From NCBI GenBank assembly GCA_938082985.1, contig CALLLO010000107.1, forward strand, positions 1-33,532: 33,532 bases of DNA, given 5' to 3'. This stretch comes from an uncultured Candidatus Marinamargulisbacteria bacterium. GTDB taxonomy: Bacteria; Margulisbacteria; Marinamargulisbacteria; GCA-2716485; CALLLO01. Each line of letters opens with the position of its first letter. Position 1 is the first letter of the stretch. This document shows positions 17,376-25,816 of the stretch, in pieces. The translations under genes and the position numbers were made by a program. Below the pieces are notes generated by a model that ran no database searches, was not told the DNA's origin, and worked only from the letters and a program-made list of their open reading frames with translations.

Positions 17376-18713
17376 TTAAGAATACTTTTCAGACTGTGGG
17401 AGAGCGGGTGAGAGGATGTAGAACGTATTCAACATTAAAAGGATTTCAGGGATATGCCAGCTGTGTGGAAATGGGACGCCTGAGAATTGGAGTAGTGTGA
17501 GTAACCAAAAAATGAGGGTGGGCCTTCGGATGTATTTGAAGCCGATGATTTGGTTTGAGATTCTATTGTGAGGATAGGCAAGCGTGCTGACCATAAGGGC
17601 CGATACGATAAGGCTGCTGATGACTATGTTAATCGGAGAGCTTAGAAATGGGGCGGCTGCAACGATAGAAATGATAGTAGCGCCTCCTGGCGAAGGGTAT
17701 CCGTCGAAGTAGTCGGAGTGCCCCGCTGCGTTAAATCGTTTTAGGCGGTAATGGACTGAGCCATAGAAAATTGCGCCTAGTACGAGGCCTATGAGTGTTC
17801 CGTATGGAAGTGCTGAGCTGCTTAAGTAGGTGTATATTAAGATACCTGGCGCGATGCCGAATGTGATGAAATCTGCTTTGGAATCTAACTTGGCTCCAAA
17901 ATTAGAAAAAACGTCAAGTTTTCTGGCTAATTTACCGTCGAGTGCATCGAAGAGGACACCGGCGAGGATGAAAGCGGCGGTGTTGACGTAGTTGTGCTGG
18001 AAGGCTTGGTGGATGGCGCCGAAGCCACAGAGTAGGTTTATCACTGTTATAGTGTTGGGGATGAGGATGGTGAATGTTTTTTTTGCTTTTACTCTATCGT
18101 TGTTATGTTTCTGAAGTGTGCGGCTCCATAGGAACTTGAAGAGGTAGTCTAAAAAGGAGAGTACTGTTGCAAGAACCATGAGCCAGATGAGACTTTCGAA
18201 GGCCCAGTTTGGCCAGTTGTGTACCCAGTTGAACAGAGTGTTTATGGGTTTTAGATAAAAAGGAGCCTCTAAAATATCTAAGGGCATTCTGGCCATGAGG
18301 ATTCCGCAGACGGGAAGGGTGATGCCTGTTTTTATTTTGCCCCACATACTCGCGTCGATGATGATGCCGTGTTTGGCGGCGAAAACCCGTAGGCCCATGA
18401 TGGCAAACTCGCGAGATAGGATGACGAAGACGGGGAAGGGGTTTATGGCGTGCATACTTAGGAGGGGGAGAAAGACGAGAACTAATATTTTATCTGCGAG
18501 GGGGTCTAGTATTTTCCCTAAGTCGCTGACCATATTATATTTTCTAGCGACCCAGCCATCGAGAAGGTCGGTAAAAGCGATAAGGGTGTAGAGGAGGATG
18601 ACCCAGATGGCGGTGATATTAGTCGTATAAGGCGTAAACCAAAAGATAGCCCCGACACCTACTATACGACTCATGGTGATGATATTTGCTAGGTTTTTTT
18701 TTTCTGAAAACAT
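17376..18713 (-). CDS. fusion of two CDP-alcohol phosphatidyltransferase domains (PgsA-like N-terminal half, PssA-like C-terminal half)
   Basis: 445 aa. The D-x2-D-G-x2-A-R-x8-G-x3-D-x3-D motif occurs twice: DLLDGWVARKYNMVSDLGKILDPLAD (from aa 49) and DALDGKLARKLDVFSNFGAKLDSKAD (from aa 256). The second half also has the PssA-like HYRLKRFN...YFDGYPSPGGA. Multiple TM segments throughout. Confidence 0.85.
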   Translation of the reverse strand: MFSEKKNLANIITMSRIVGVGAIFWFTPYTTNITAIWVILLYTLIAFTDLLDGWVARKYNMVSDLGKILDPLADKILVLVFLPLLSMHAINPFPVFVILSREFAIMGLRVFAAKHGIIIDASMWGKIKTGITLPVCGILMARMPLDILEAPFYLKPINTLFNWVHNWPNWAFESLIWLMVLATVLSFLDYLFKFLWSRTLQKHNNDRVKAKKTFTILIPNTITVINLLCGFGAIHQAFQHNYVNTAAFILAGVLFDALDGKLARKLDVFSNFGAKLDSKADFITFGIAPGILIYTYLSSSALPYGTLIGLVLGAIFYGSVHYRLKRFNAAGHSDYFDGYPSPGGATIISIVAAAPFLSSPINIVISSLIVSALMVSTLAYPHNRISNQIIGFKYIRRPTLIFWLLTLLQFSGVPFPHSWHIPEILLMLNTFYILSPALPQSEKYS

Positions 18714-18752
18714 AATTTAGTATAACGTGAATGTATCTGTTGAGGACAGACT

Positions 18753-19079
18753 CTATATAATTTTTCCTGAGTTTCGTCTTTTGACGTCATCTTCCCAGCT
18801 CATTTTTTGGTTGTGACTCATGGATCCTTTTCGTTTGATGCGTGTGTGTCCCATATCGAGCGTTTGGATATTTAATGTGGAGTTTGGATAGGGGTTTGGA
18901 ATTTTCATGTCGGAGACCATAATGGATAGGGTGTGCACGGATTTTTTCTTTTTTTCTACTTTTTGCCCAAGAAGTTTGATAAAGGCTTTCGATAATTTAT
19001 TGAATTCTTGAAATATAGGTTTGGCTTTTTGTGCGTCTTGTTTACTGAATCGTTTTTTTCTTTGTCGGCTATTTGCCAT
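18753..19079 (-). CDS. hypothetical small, very basic protein
   Basis: 108 aa, starting MANSRQRKKRFSKQDAQKAKP. GAGGGTGG RBS before the ATG. TAATG overlap with the upstream ORF. No family recognised. Confidence 0.55.
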   Translation of the reverse strand: MANSRQRKKRFSKQDAQKAKPIFQEFNKLSKAFIKLLGQKVEKKKKSVHTLSIMVSDMKIPNPYPNSTLNIQTLDMGHTRIKRKGSMSHNQKMSWEDDVKRRNSGKII

Positions 19080-19531
19080 TATCCACCCTCTTTCTGTTTA
19101 TCAACGATTCCTTGGTAGTATATTTCTTTGTCGTCTAAAAATTTCAAGTCTCTTTGTAGTGTGCTTATGGTTTTTGCATTTCTTATAAACTCTTCAATAA
19201 CTTCTCTGTCTTCAGGTGCTAATTCACTGAGATCCATGTTCTCGACCATTTGCATGAGAAGATTGAGCTTTTCTTTGAATGCTTTTTCTTTTCTTTTCTT
19301 TTTCTTAACTTGGTCAATGTCTTCGTTTTGGGATGCGGCTAGTGCTGCAGCTGTTTCGTCGATGTGGGTAAAAAATTCTGGTTTTGCGGCTTGGGCTGTA
19401 GTTTTGCCACCTTGGATACGTCCTTCTTGTTTTCCTAAATCTGTTTTAGCGGACCCTGCGTGAAACGCGACTTCATCAGAACTATCCATGAGATCTACCA
19501 TGAGGTCTTGGACGGATTGCATGGTTGCCAT
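19079..19531 (-). CDS. hypothetical charged protein (acidic ends, Lys-rich centre)
   Basis: The ORF track gives 19079..19603 with a GTG start. ATG 19531 (MATMQSVQDLMV) is preferred because AAGGA lies 3 nt upstream. Central KKKKRKEKAFKEK. No family recognised. Confidence 0.55.
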   Translation of the reverse strand: MATMQSVQDLMVDLMDSSDEVAFHAGSAKTDLGKQEGRIQGGKTTAQAAKPEFFTHIDETAAALAASQNEDIDQVKKKKRKEKAFKEKLNLLMQMVENMDLSELAPEDREVIEEFIRNAKTISTLQRDLKFLDDKEIYYQGIVDKQKEGG

Positions 19532-19632
19532 TATCCTTACAGCGCTAGAATTGGAGTTAGCTCCATTTGCACTTGCGGCTGCCCCAGTGGCACCTACATT
19601 CACGATTGTTTTCTCTTACGTATCATAGTTGT

Positions 19633-19661
19633 AGTATACCTGTCATTGAGTTCAATTTAAA
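19633..19661 (-). promoter_or_regulatory. putative sigma70-type promoter (-35 TTTAAA, 17-nt spacer, -10 TATACT) for the two small ORFs
   Basis: On the minus strand: TTTAAA ttgaactcaatgacagg TATACT, in the 85-bp gap after the mnmE stop. Prediction by eye only. Confidence 0.3.
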
Positions 19662-19688
19662 TCCCTATGTAAGTATAGCGATTTTTCT

Positions 19689-21056
19689 TTATTTTCCAAT
19701 ACAAAAACGATCGAAAATATTATCTAAAAGTTCTTCTGTAAGACTGTCTCCGGTGAGTTCTCCGAGTTGCTCTATAATGTGTCGTACATGTGGAGAAAGC
19801 ATGTCGTCTAAATGGGCCTGCTTGATGTGCGAAAGAAGCTGTGTGACGCTGGTGTGCAGCCCTTTGAAGCATTGGACTTGTCGTATGTTACAAATGTAGT
19901 CCATGTCGATGCTATCGCTTTTGTGAATGAACTCAGTATGAATAGTGTTCTTTAATAGTTGAATACTGTCTTTTACAAGCGCTGACGTGCTTAATGTTTT
20001 GGAAACTTGAAAGTTATCAAGGTGTTGAGTTTTGATGGAGTTGGGTTTATCTGCTTTATTGAGTAGGATATAAATATTTTTCTTTTTACGGATTGCGGCA
20101 TACACTTTATGGTCATTTTCGTTAAGGGGGCTGGCGCTATCTAGTGTCCATAATATGAGGTCTGATTTGTCGATGAGATCTTTTATTTTTTGCATGCCCA
20201 GATATTCTATGGTGTCGGTGGAATCTCGAAGTCCTGCTGTGTCGCAGAGTTTGACTGTGATACCGCCTAGTTGGATAGACCCTTCTATGTAATCTCTGGT
20301 CGTTCCTTCGATGTCAGTGACAATGGACCTTTCTTTTCCTAAAATAGCGTTAAAGAGGGAGGATTTTCCTACATTTGGTTTTCCTACTATTAGGACCTTG
20401 AGTCCTTCTTTAATAAATTCTCCATAATCTTGAAGTGTGATGACCGTGTCGATATCTTGTTTTAGCGTTTTGAGTGAGCGTGTTACTTCAGATCTATCTA
20501 GGGGGTCCACTTCATCAGGAAAATCGATAGAGGCTTCTATCTGTTCTAGAATTAGCATGAACATTTTTCTGTAGCCTTGTATTTTTTTTTGTAGGTGTCC
20601 GCTTAAATGGGTGAGTGCGACGCGGTGGGACTTTTCTGAGTCAGAATGAATAAGATCTATAACGGATTCGGCCTGGGAGAGGGAGAGCTTTCCGTGGAGG
20701 AATGCACGTTTTGTGAATTCTCCTGGGCCTGCAAGACGGGCACCTAGGCTGATACAGGCGCTTAAGATTTCTTTTTGGACATAGGGACTTGCGTGCCCTT
20801 GGATCTCAATAACATCTTCGCCAGTGTAGGAATGAGGGTTTTTAAAGTAAAGAATGACGGCGTCGTCTATTTGTTTATTTGTTTGGGGGTGTCGGATTTT
20901 TTCGAAATGGGCATATCGAGCTGTGAGCTCGGGTTTCCCACATAATATTTTTACGATAGAGAGGCTTTGATCACCAGATAAGCGGATGATACCAATCCCG
21001 CCCGTACCCATTGGGGTAGCTATGGCGGTAATGGTGTCTAGCGAAAGGCTCGACAT
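19689..21056 (-). CDS. mnmE: tRNA modification GTPase MnmE (TrmE)
   Basis: 455 aa. GGIGIIRLSG, G1 GKPNVGKSSLFNA, DTAG, NKAD, and the C-terminal CIGK. TAATG overlap with the jag stop. Confidence 0.96.
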   Translation of the reverse strand: MSSLSLDTITAIATPMGTGGIGIIRLSGDQSLSIVKILCGKPELTARYAHFEKIRHPQTNKQIDDAVILYFKNPHSYTGEDVIEIQGHASPYVQKEILSACISLGARLAGPGEFTKRAFLHGKLSLSQAESVIDLIHSDSEKSHRVALTHLSGHLQKKIQGYRKMFMLILEQIEASIDFPDEVDPLDRSEVTRSLKTLKQDIDTVITLQDYGEFIKEGLKVLIVGKPNVGKSSLFNAILGKERSIVTDIEGTTRDYIEGSIQLGGITVKLCDTAGLRDSTDTIEYLGMQKIKDLIDKSDLILWTLDSASPLNENDHKVYAAIRKKKNIYILLNKADKPNSIKTQHLDNFQVSKTLSTSALVKDSIQLLKNTIHTEFIHKSDSIDMDYICNIRQVQCFKGLHTSVTQLLSHIKQAHLDDMLSPHVRHIIEQLGELTGDSLTEELLDNIFDRFCIGK

Positions 21057-21661
21057 TAACGTCTGGCTAGGACTACCTTACGTGTGTTTCCGTCGCCTTC
21101 ACTAAAGCTTTTAATTGTGGAATCGTTTTCGAATAACAGATGAATAGAGCGTCTTTCTGCTGAATTCATTGGATCTAATTCTAATTCGTCACCTGTGGCT
21201 TTTACTTCTTCAGCTGCTTTTAGGGCTTTGTCTTTGAGTTGAAGAAAACGTTTGCTTCGGTAGTCCGCTGCGTCAATCATAATACGCACAGGCGTAGAAT
21301 ATTTTCTGATGATGAAATGTCTAAGGAGTGTTTGAAAAGATTCTAGTGTAGAACCTCCTTTACCTATAATCCGTCCTGCATCGTCACCTGTATCATATAC
21401 TTCAAGAAATATTTTGTGGTTTTCACGTTTTTTCCCACGTACTTTCCCCTCAAATCCAGCCAGTTGTAACATGGATTCAAAGCTTTTAACCGCGTAGTCT
21501 TCCATTTCTGCTGTGGCGATGTGTTGCTTTCTTTCTGAGCGACCTTTGTTTCCGGTCCCTGATACTGTATTTGTTTTTTTTGCTTTTTGTACAGTGCCTT
21601 TTTCTTCTTCAGAAATAGATAACCACCCTTTTAAAAAATTGAAAAATCCTTTTTTTGACAT
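21056..21661 (-). CDS. jag: Jag/KhpB RNA-binding protein (KH + R3H domains)
   Basis: 201 aa. KH-like RIIGKGGSTLESFQTLL and R3H-like ELDPMNSAERRSIHLLF. Conserved position between yidC and mnmE. Confidence 0.88.
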   Translation of the reverse strand: MSKKGFFNFLKGWLSISEEEKGTVQKAKKTNTVSGTGNKGRSERKQHIATAEMEDYAVKSFESMLQLAGFEGKVRGKKRENHKIFLEVYDTGDDAGRIIGKGGSTLESFQTLLRHFIIRKYSTPVRIMIDAADYRSKRFLQLKDKALKAAEEVKATGDELELDPMNSAERRSIHLLFENDSTIKSFSEGDGNTRKVVLARR

Positions 21662-21674
21662 AATTGACTCCTTT

Positions 21675-22343
21675 TTATGCTTGTATTATTTCTTGTTTTT
21701 TTGGTTTTAAGGCCGCGATTTGTTGTATCGTTGACAATATCGTTGATACCGCCCAATACAACAATACTCCAGATGGTAACTGAAGTCCAAAAACAAGAAT
21801 CATGATAGGGGACAGCAGCAAAAATTTCTTTTGTGCGGGGTCTACCATGATTAATTTTTGTGACCAGTAAGTAAAACCGGCTAAGACAACTGGGAGTATC
21901 CACGTGGCGTCTGGAACAGAGAGATCTGTTAGCCAGAAAGATAAAAAGCCTGCGTTTATGCCTTCAGCGTGAATCATTGTGTTGAAGGTGTCTCCCATAA
22001 TAGTTGAGTAGATAGCGAGGAAGAATGGGATTTGGATAACCATGGGAAGACAACCGGAAAGTGGGTTTACACCATGTTTTTTATACAGGCTCATCATTTT
22101 TGCTTGAAGTTCTTGAGGCTTATCTTTGTGTTTTTCTCTTAGTTTTTGAAGTTCAGGGTTGATGTCCTGCATAGCTTTCATAGACTTATATTGTTTTTGA
22201 GTGAGAGGATAGAAAAGTGCTTTGATGAGCATCGTTACTAGGATAATAGCGATACCGTAGTTAGCGTATATATTCTCGTAGCAGAACTGTAGCATGGGTA
22301 TCATGATTGAGTTGGCGAGTGCTTTGATTGGTCCGAATTCCAT
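21675..22343 (-). CDS. yidC: membrane protein insertase YidC, short core-only form
   Basis: 222 aa. YGIAIILVTMLIKALFYPLTQKQYKSMKAMQDINPELQKLREKHKDKPQELQAKMMSLYKKHGVNPLSGCLPMVIQIPFFLAIY. No N-terminal signal anchor, lipobox or periplasmic domain. The yidD stop is 2 nt upstream, so the ORF cannot be extended. Confidence 0.92.
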   Translation of the reverse strand: MEFGPIKALANSIMIPMLQFCYENIYANYGIAIILVTMLIKALFYPLTQKQYKSMKAMQDINPELQKLREKHKDKPQELQAKMMSLYKKHGVNPLSGCLPMVIQIPFFLAIYSTIMGDTFNTMIHAEGINAGFLSFWLTDLSVPDATWILPVVLAGFTYWSQKLIMVDPAQKKFLLLSPIMILVFGLQLPSGVLLYWAVSTILSTIQQIAALKPKKQEIIQA

Positions 22344-22345
22344 TG

Positions 22346-22576
22346 TTATTTACTCCTTACTGGGTCCCAGCCACCTTGGTGGAAGGGTTGACATTTTAAT
22401 ATACGGATAAGACTTGCGACTAGTCCTTTTATTAGTCCTTTTTTTTCTAGGGCGTCTTTGGTGTACTGCGAGCAGCTCGGAGAGAACCTACAACTGGGGA
22501 TTAAAAAGGGGGATATTGCTTTTTGATAAAGGGTAATTAATCTGAGTAAAAGACGTTTGATTAAGTTAGATATCAC
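22346..22576 (-). CDS. yidD: membrane protein insertion efficiency factor YidD
   Basis: 76 aa. YQKAISPFL..SCRFSPSCSQYTKDALEKKG. Overlaps the rnpA 3' end by 11 nt. Confidence 0.92.
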   Translation of the reverse strand: MISNLIKRLLLRLITLYQKAISPFLIPSCRFSPSCSQYTKDALEKKGLIKGLVASLIRILKCQPFHQGGWDPVRSK

Positions 22577-22925
22577 GTAGTAGGTCCTTATTTTTTAATG
22601 TTTGGCTTATATCTGTCTTAACGGAGTCGTAGTCTGTTTGATTGAGGCCACGTTTAGATATAAAGATGAGATCATAATGACTGGGAATAAGCGCTTGTAA
22701 ATGTCTGTAAATTTCTTTCATCCATCGTTTACATTTGTTTCGTACGACAGCGTTGCCTACTTTCTTACTGCTTACAAATGCGAGTTTACGCTCTGTATCG
22801 CGTTTTTTATTATAATAAATAATGACATGTTTTCCAAAGCTCTTCTGATTTTTTGCAAAAATACTACTAAAATGAGATTTTTGCTGAATTCTACTGGTTT
22901 TTTGAGCTAAGGTGTAGCTGGGCAA
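22566..22925 (-). CDS. rnpA: ribonuclease P protein component
   Basis: 119 aa. TTG start 2 nt after the rpmH stop. RNR-type motif SKKVGNAVVRNKCKRWMKE. Conserved position after rpmH. Confidence 0.88.
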   Translation of the reverse strand: MPSYTLAQKTSRIQQKSHFSSIFAKNQKSFGKHVIIYYNKKRDTERKLAFVSSKKVGNAVVRNKCKRWMKEIYRHLQALIPSHYDLIFISKRGLNQTDYDSVKTDISQTLKNKDLLRDI

Positions 22926-22927
22926 GA

Positions 22928-23062
22928 TTAGACAGCTAGTTTTGCGCGGCCTTTGCGACGACGATTATTCAGTACTCTACGTCCACCTACGGTTCTCATA
23001 CGAACGAGGAATCCATGAGTTTTTTTACGTTTTCTGCTATTAGGTTGAAAGGTTCTTTTCAT
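22928..23062 (-). CDS. rpmH: 50S ribosomal protein L34
   Basis: Not in the ORF track (44 aa). Hand translation: [44 protein letters not shown], then TAA at 22930..22928. GGAG lies upstream of ATG 23062. Confidence 0.95.
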   Translation of the reverse strand: MKRTFQPNSRKRKKTHGFLVRMRTVGGRRVLNNRRRKGRAKLAV

Positions 23063-23113
23063 TGAGGGTTCTCCAGTATCGAGCTATTAAATTTAGGTTG
23101 GAAGTATACGAGG

Positions 23114-24217
23114 TTATGATTCGTTCGACAAGTCTTCGAAAAAACTCCTCTGGGACTTTTGTCTAAGGAGGTGGTCGATGATGACTAAGTTGGCCATAGC
23201 GTCGACGATAGGGATTGCGCGAGGAAGGACACAAGGGTCGTGACGGCCCTTCGCTTGGAGGGTGATGCTTTTTTTGTTTGTATCTATCGTGTCTTGGACT
23301 TTAAATATGGTGGCTGTTGGCTTGAATGCGACTTGGAAGGTGATGTATTCACCGTTGCTTATGCCCCCTTGGATTCCACCTGAATTATTTGTTTTGGTGC
23401 GAACGGTTTCTTTTTCTGCGTAGAAGGCGTCGTTATGTTCGCGGCCGGTCATACTAACAGAGTCAAAGCCAGAGCCTATTTGGAAGCCCATAGTGGCGGG
23501 GATGCTCATCATGGCTTTAGCGAGGTCTGCTTTTAGTTTGTCGAAAACAGGTTCGCCTAATCCGGCAGGTACTCCTCGGATGACCCCTGAGACGATACCG
23601 CCTAAAGAGTCTCCGTCTTTTCTGGCCTCTTCTATGCGTGTAATCATGAGTTTAGCTATCTCGGGGTCTGGGCATCTGACGATATTGGCTTCAATATCGT
23701 TTAAGGTTACGGTGTTGAGGTCCGCTGAGCCAATGAGAGTGTGGATTTGAGTGACACAGGAAAGGCTTTCTATATTTCTGAGAGATAATAATTTTTTGGC
23801 AATGGCACCTGCAGCAACACGACCTATAGTTTCTCGCGCACTGGATCTTCCACCACCTCTGTAGTCTCTGAACCCAAATTTGGCGTCGAAGGTGTAGTCA
23901 GCGTGAGAGGGGCGATAGATATCTTTGAGATGGTTGTAGGCTTTTGAGTTTTGGTCTTTGTTGGTGACGATTAGGGAGATGGGGGTGCCGGTTGTTTTAC
24001 CTTCGAATATACCGGAGAGGATATCGACGGTGTCGCCTTCTTTTCGTGGGGTGCTGATTGTGCTTTGGCCTGGTTTACGTCTGTCTAGTTCCGCTTGTAT
24101 TTCTTCTGCTGTAATGGGGAGTTGAGCCGGACATCCGTCGATAACAACACCCACGGCTTTCCCGTGAGATTCTCCCCAGGTAGTGATTTTAAATAGAGTT
24201 CCGAAACTACTAGACAT
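23114..24217 (-). CDS. aroC: chorismate synthase
   Basis: 367 aa. [38 protein letters not shown] and [11 protein letters not shown]. Confidence 0.96.
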   Translation of the reverse strand: MSSSFGTLFKITTWGESHGKAVGVVIDGCPAQLPITAEEIQAELDRRKPGQSTISTPRKEGDTVDILSGIFEGKTTGTPISLIVTNKDQNSKAYNHLKDIYRPSHADYTFDAKFGFRDYRGGGRSSARETIGRVAAGAIAKKLLSLRNIESLSCVTQIHTLIGSADLNTVTLNDIEANIVRCPDPEIAKLMITRIEEARKDGDSLGGIVSGVIRGVPAGLGEPVFDKLKADLAKAMMSIPATMGFQIGSGFDSVSMTGREHNDAFYAEKETVRTKTNNSGGIQGGISNGEYITFQVAFKPTATIFKVQDTIDTNKKSITLQAKGRHDPCVLPRAIPIVDAMANLVIIDHLLRQKSQRSFFEDLSNES

Positions 24218-24482
24218 TGAGGCTCTCCTTGGGTGTTTTTGCGTTGATTTGGATAGCGTGTACGCCGTCTTTTATTGGACCTGCAAGGTGTTTGTAGACT
24301 AAGCGGTGTCGTTGAATCCTGGTTTTTTTATCGAATATATCTGAGATTATAGTAACGGCGAAGTGGCTGTTGGTATGCTTGTCTATACCTTGGTGTCCAG
24401 CGTGACTGGCACTGTCGTCTTGGACGGTGACGTGAGAGGCATTGAGATGCTCCATGAGGAGTTGTGCTATGCGGTGTTTCAT
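24210..24482 (-). CDS. BolA/IbaG family protein
   Basis: 90 aa. [11 protein letters not shown]...[27 protein letters not shown]...[11 protein letters not shown] matches the BolA fold signature. 8-nt overlap with the aroC start. Confidence 0.8.
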   Translation of the reverse strand: MKHRIAQLLMEHLNASHVTVQDDSASHAGHQGIDKHTNSHFAVTIISDIFDKKTRIQRHRLVYKHLAGPIKDGVHAIQINAKTPKESLNV

Positions 24483-24495
24483 AGTGTAGAGAGTA

Positions 24496-25248
24496 TCATT
24501 TTTTTTGTATTTCGTACAAAACGATGGCCGTAGTGGCCGCGACGTTGAGTGAGTCTACGAGTGGGTGTATGTCAATTTTCACTCTGTTTTCTTCGTTTAT
24601 ATGTGCCTCAGTCTCGTCGCTTATTCCGTTTTCTGAACCAAATATAAAGAGGGCTGGTTTTTTAATGGTGATATCGGATAGGGACTGTTTTGAGTTGGAG
24701 TCTAGCGTATATATATGTAGGTTTGGGTAGATGAAAAGAAGCTCCTTAAGAGATGCGTTTATGACGGGGGTTTTTTGAAGATGTCCGGCTGAGGCACGAA
24801 TAGCTTCTGGGTTGTAAGGGTCGCAGGAATTAGGCGACAGAGCGATAAGGCTGCAGGAGAAAGCTGCAGCGTTACGTAGTATGGCTCCTAGGTTGTTGGG
24901 TTTACCTATGGTGTCTAAGAAAAGGATTGTGTCTGGCTCTTTTGGAGGCGTGGGTGTTTTTATTCTACATATAGCGAGAGCACCGAAGGATTGTTTGACG
25001 CTAGGTAGGGTTTGGAAGACGTCTTCTGTAACTTCTGTCGTTATGGTGTTGGGGTGGAGTTTGTCTTTAATAGAGGTGAGAGGGATGGCGTGGAGGATCT
25101 CTATGATATTTTCTGGGTTTTGGTCGAGGATATCTTCTATGAATAGTTGGTTTTCGAGGATGTATGCGCCTTCTTCTCGTCTATATTTAGAAGAAGCGAG
25201 GAGTTTTTTTATGTGTTTGGCCTTGTGATTTTCTTTACTTGTAATCAT
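24496..25248 (-). CDS. SpoU/TrmH-family RNA 2'-O-methyltransferase
   Basis: 250 aa. SPOUT motifs NLGAILRNAAAF, IFGSENGIS and LNVAATTAIVLYE. Substrate not assignable from sequence. Confidence 0.85.
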   Translation of the reverse strand: MITSKENHKAKHIKKLLASSKYRREEGAYILENQLFIEDILDQNPENIIEILHAIPLTSIKDKLHPNTITTEVTEDVFQTLPSVKQSFGALAICRIKTPTPPKEPDTILFLDTIGKPNNLGAILRNAAAFSCSLIALSPNSCDPYNPEAIRASAGHLQKTPVINASLKELLFIYPNLHIYTLDSNSKQSLSDITIKKPALFIFGSENGISDETEAHINEENRVKIDIHPLVDSLNVAATTAIVLYEIQKK

Positions 25249-25250
25249 AG

Positions 25251-25724
25251 TTACTGCTCCTTAAGAAGTACCACGGCGTGAGCTGCGATTCCTTCACCTC
25301 GACCCGTAGGGCCCATTTTTTCATTGGTCGTCGCTTTTATAGACACTTGGTTTTTCTCACAGTTAAGAACGGTGGCTAGTTTTTCTTGTATGGCTGGGAT
25401 GTGGGGTTTCATTTTAGGTTCTTCACAGATGAGAACACTGTCTATGTTTCCTATGACGTAGCCTTCTTTTTGGATGAGGGTGAGACAAGCGGATAATAAT
25501 TTCAAGCTGTCGGCGTCTTTGTATGTCGGGTCTGTGTCGGGGAAGTGGGTGCCGATATCGCCGAGGGCGAGGGCTCCGAGCATAGCGTCGATGATTGTGT
25601 GAGTGAGGACGTCGGCGTCACTGTGACCGAGGAGGCCTTTTTCGTGGGGAATGCTTACTCCGCCTATAATTAAAGGCCGATTGTCAGCAAATGGGTGAGT
25701 GTCGTATCCGATTCCTATGCGCAT
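25251..25724 (-). CDS. ispF: 2-C-methyl-D-erythritol 2,4-cyclodiphosphate synthase
   Basis: 157 aa. [38 protein letters not shown] and [23 protein letters not shown]. Confidence 0.96.
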   Translation of the reverse strand: MRIGIGYDTHPFADNRPLIIGGVSIPHEKGLLGHSDADVLTHTIIDAMLGALALGDIGTHFPDTDPTYKDADSLKLLSACLTLIQKEGYVIGNIDSVLICEEPKMKPHIPAIQEKLATVLNCEKNQVSIKATTNEKMGPTGRGEGIAAHAVVLLKEQ

Positions 25725-25816
25725 GGGTAGATAATAACTGTATTTGCTCTCTTTTTCTATTAAAAACTTAGTTTATTTGTAGTGAATATAGACTTGCTTT
25801 TAGCTCTGGCTGTATT

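Noticed and set aside
19079-19087. TTATCCACC, an 8/9 match to a DnaA box.
   Set aside because: It is a single copy and sits exactly on the stop/start junction and RBS of the two small ORFs. There are no companion boxes or AT-rich unwinding element.
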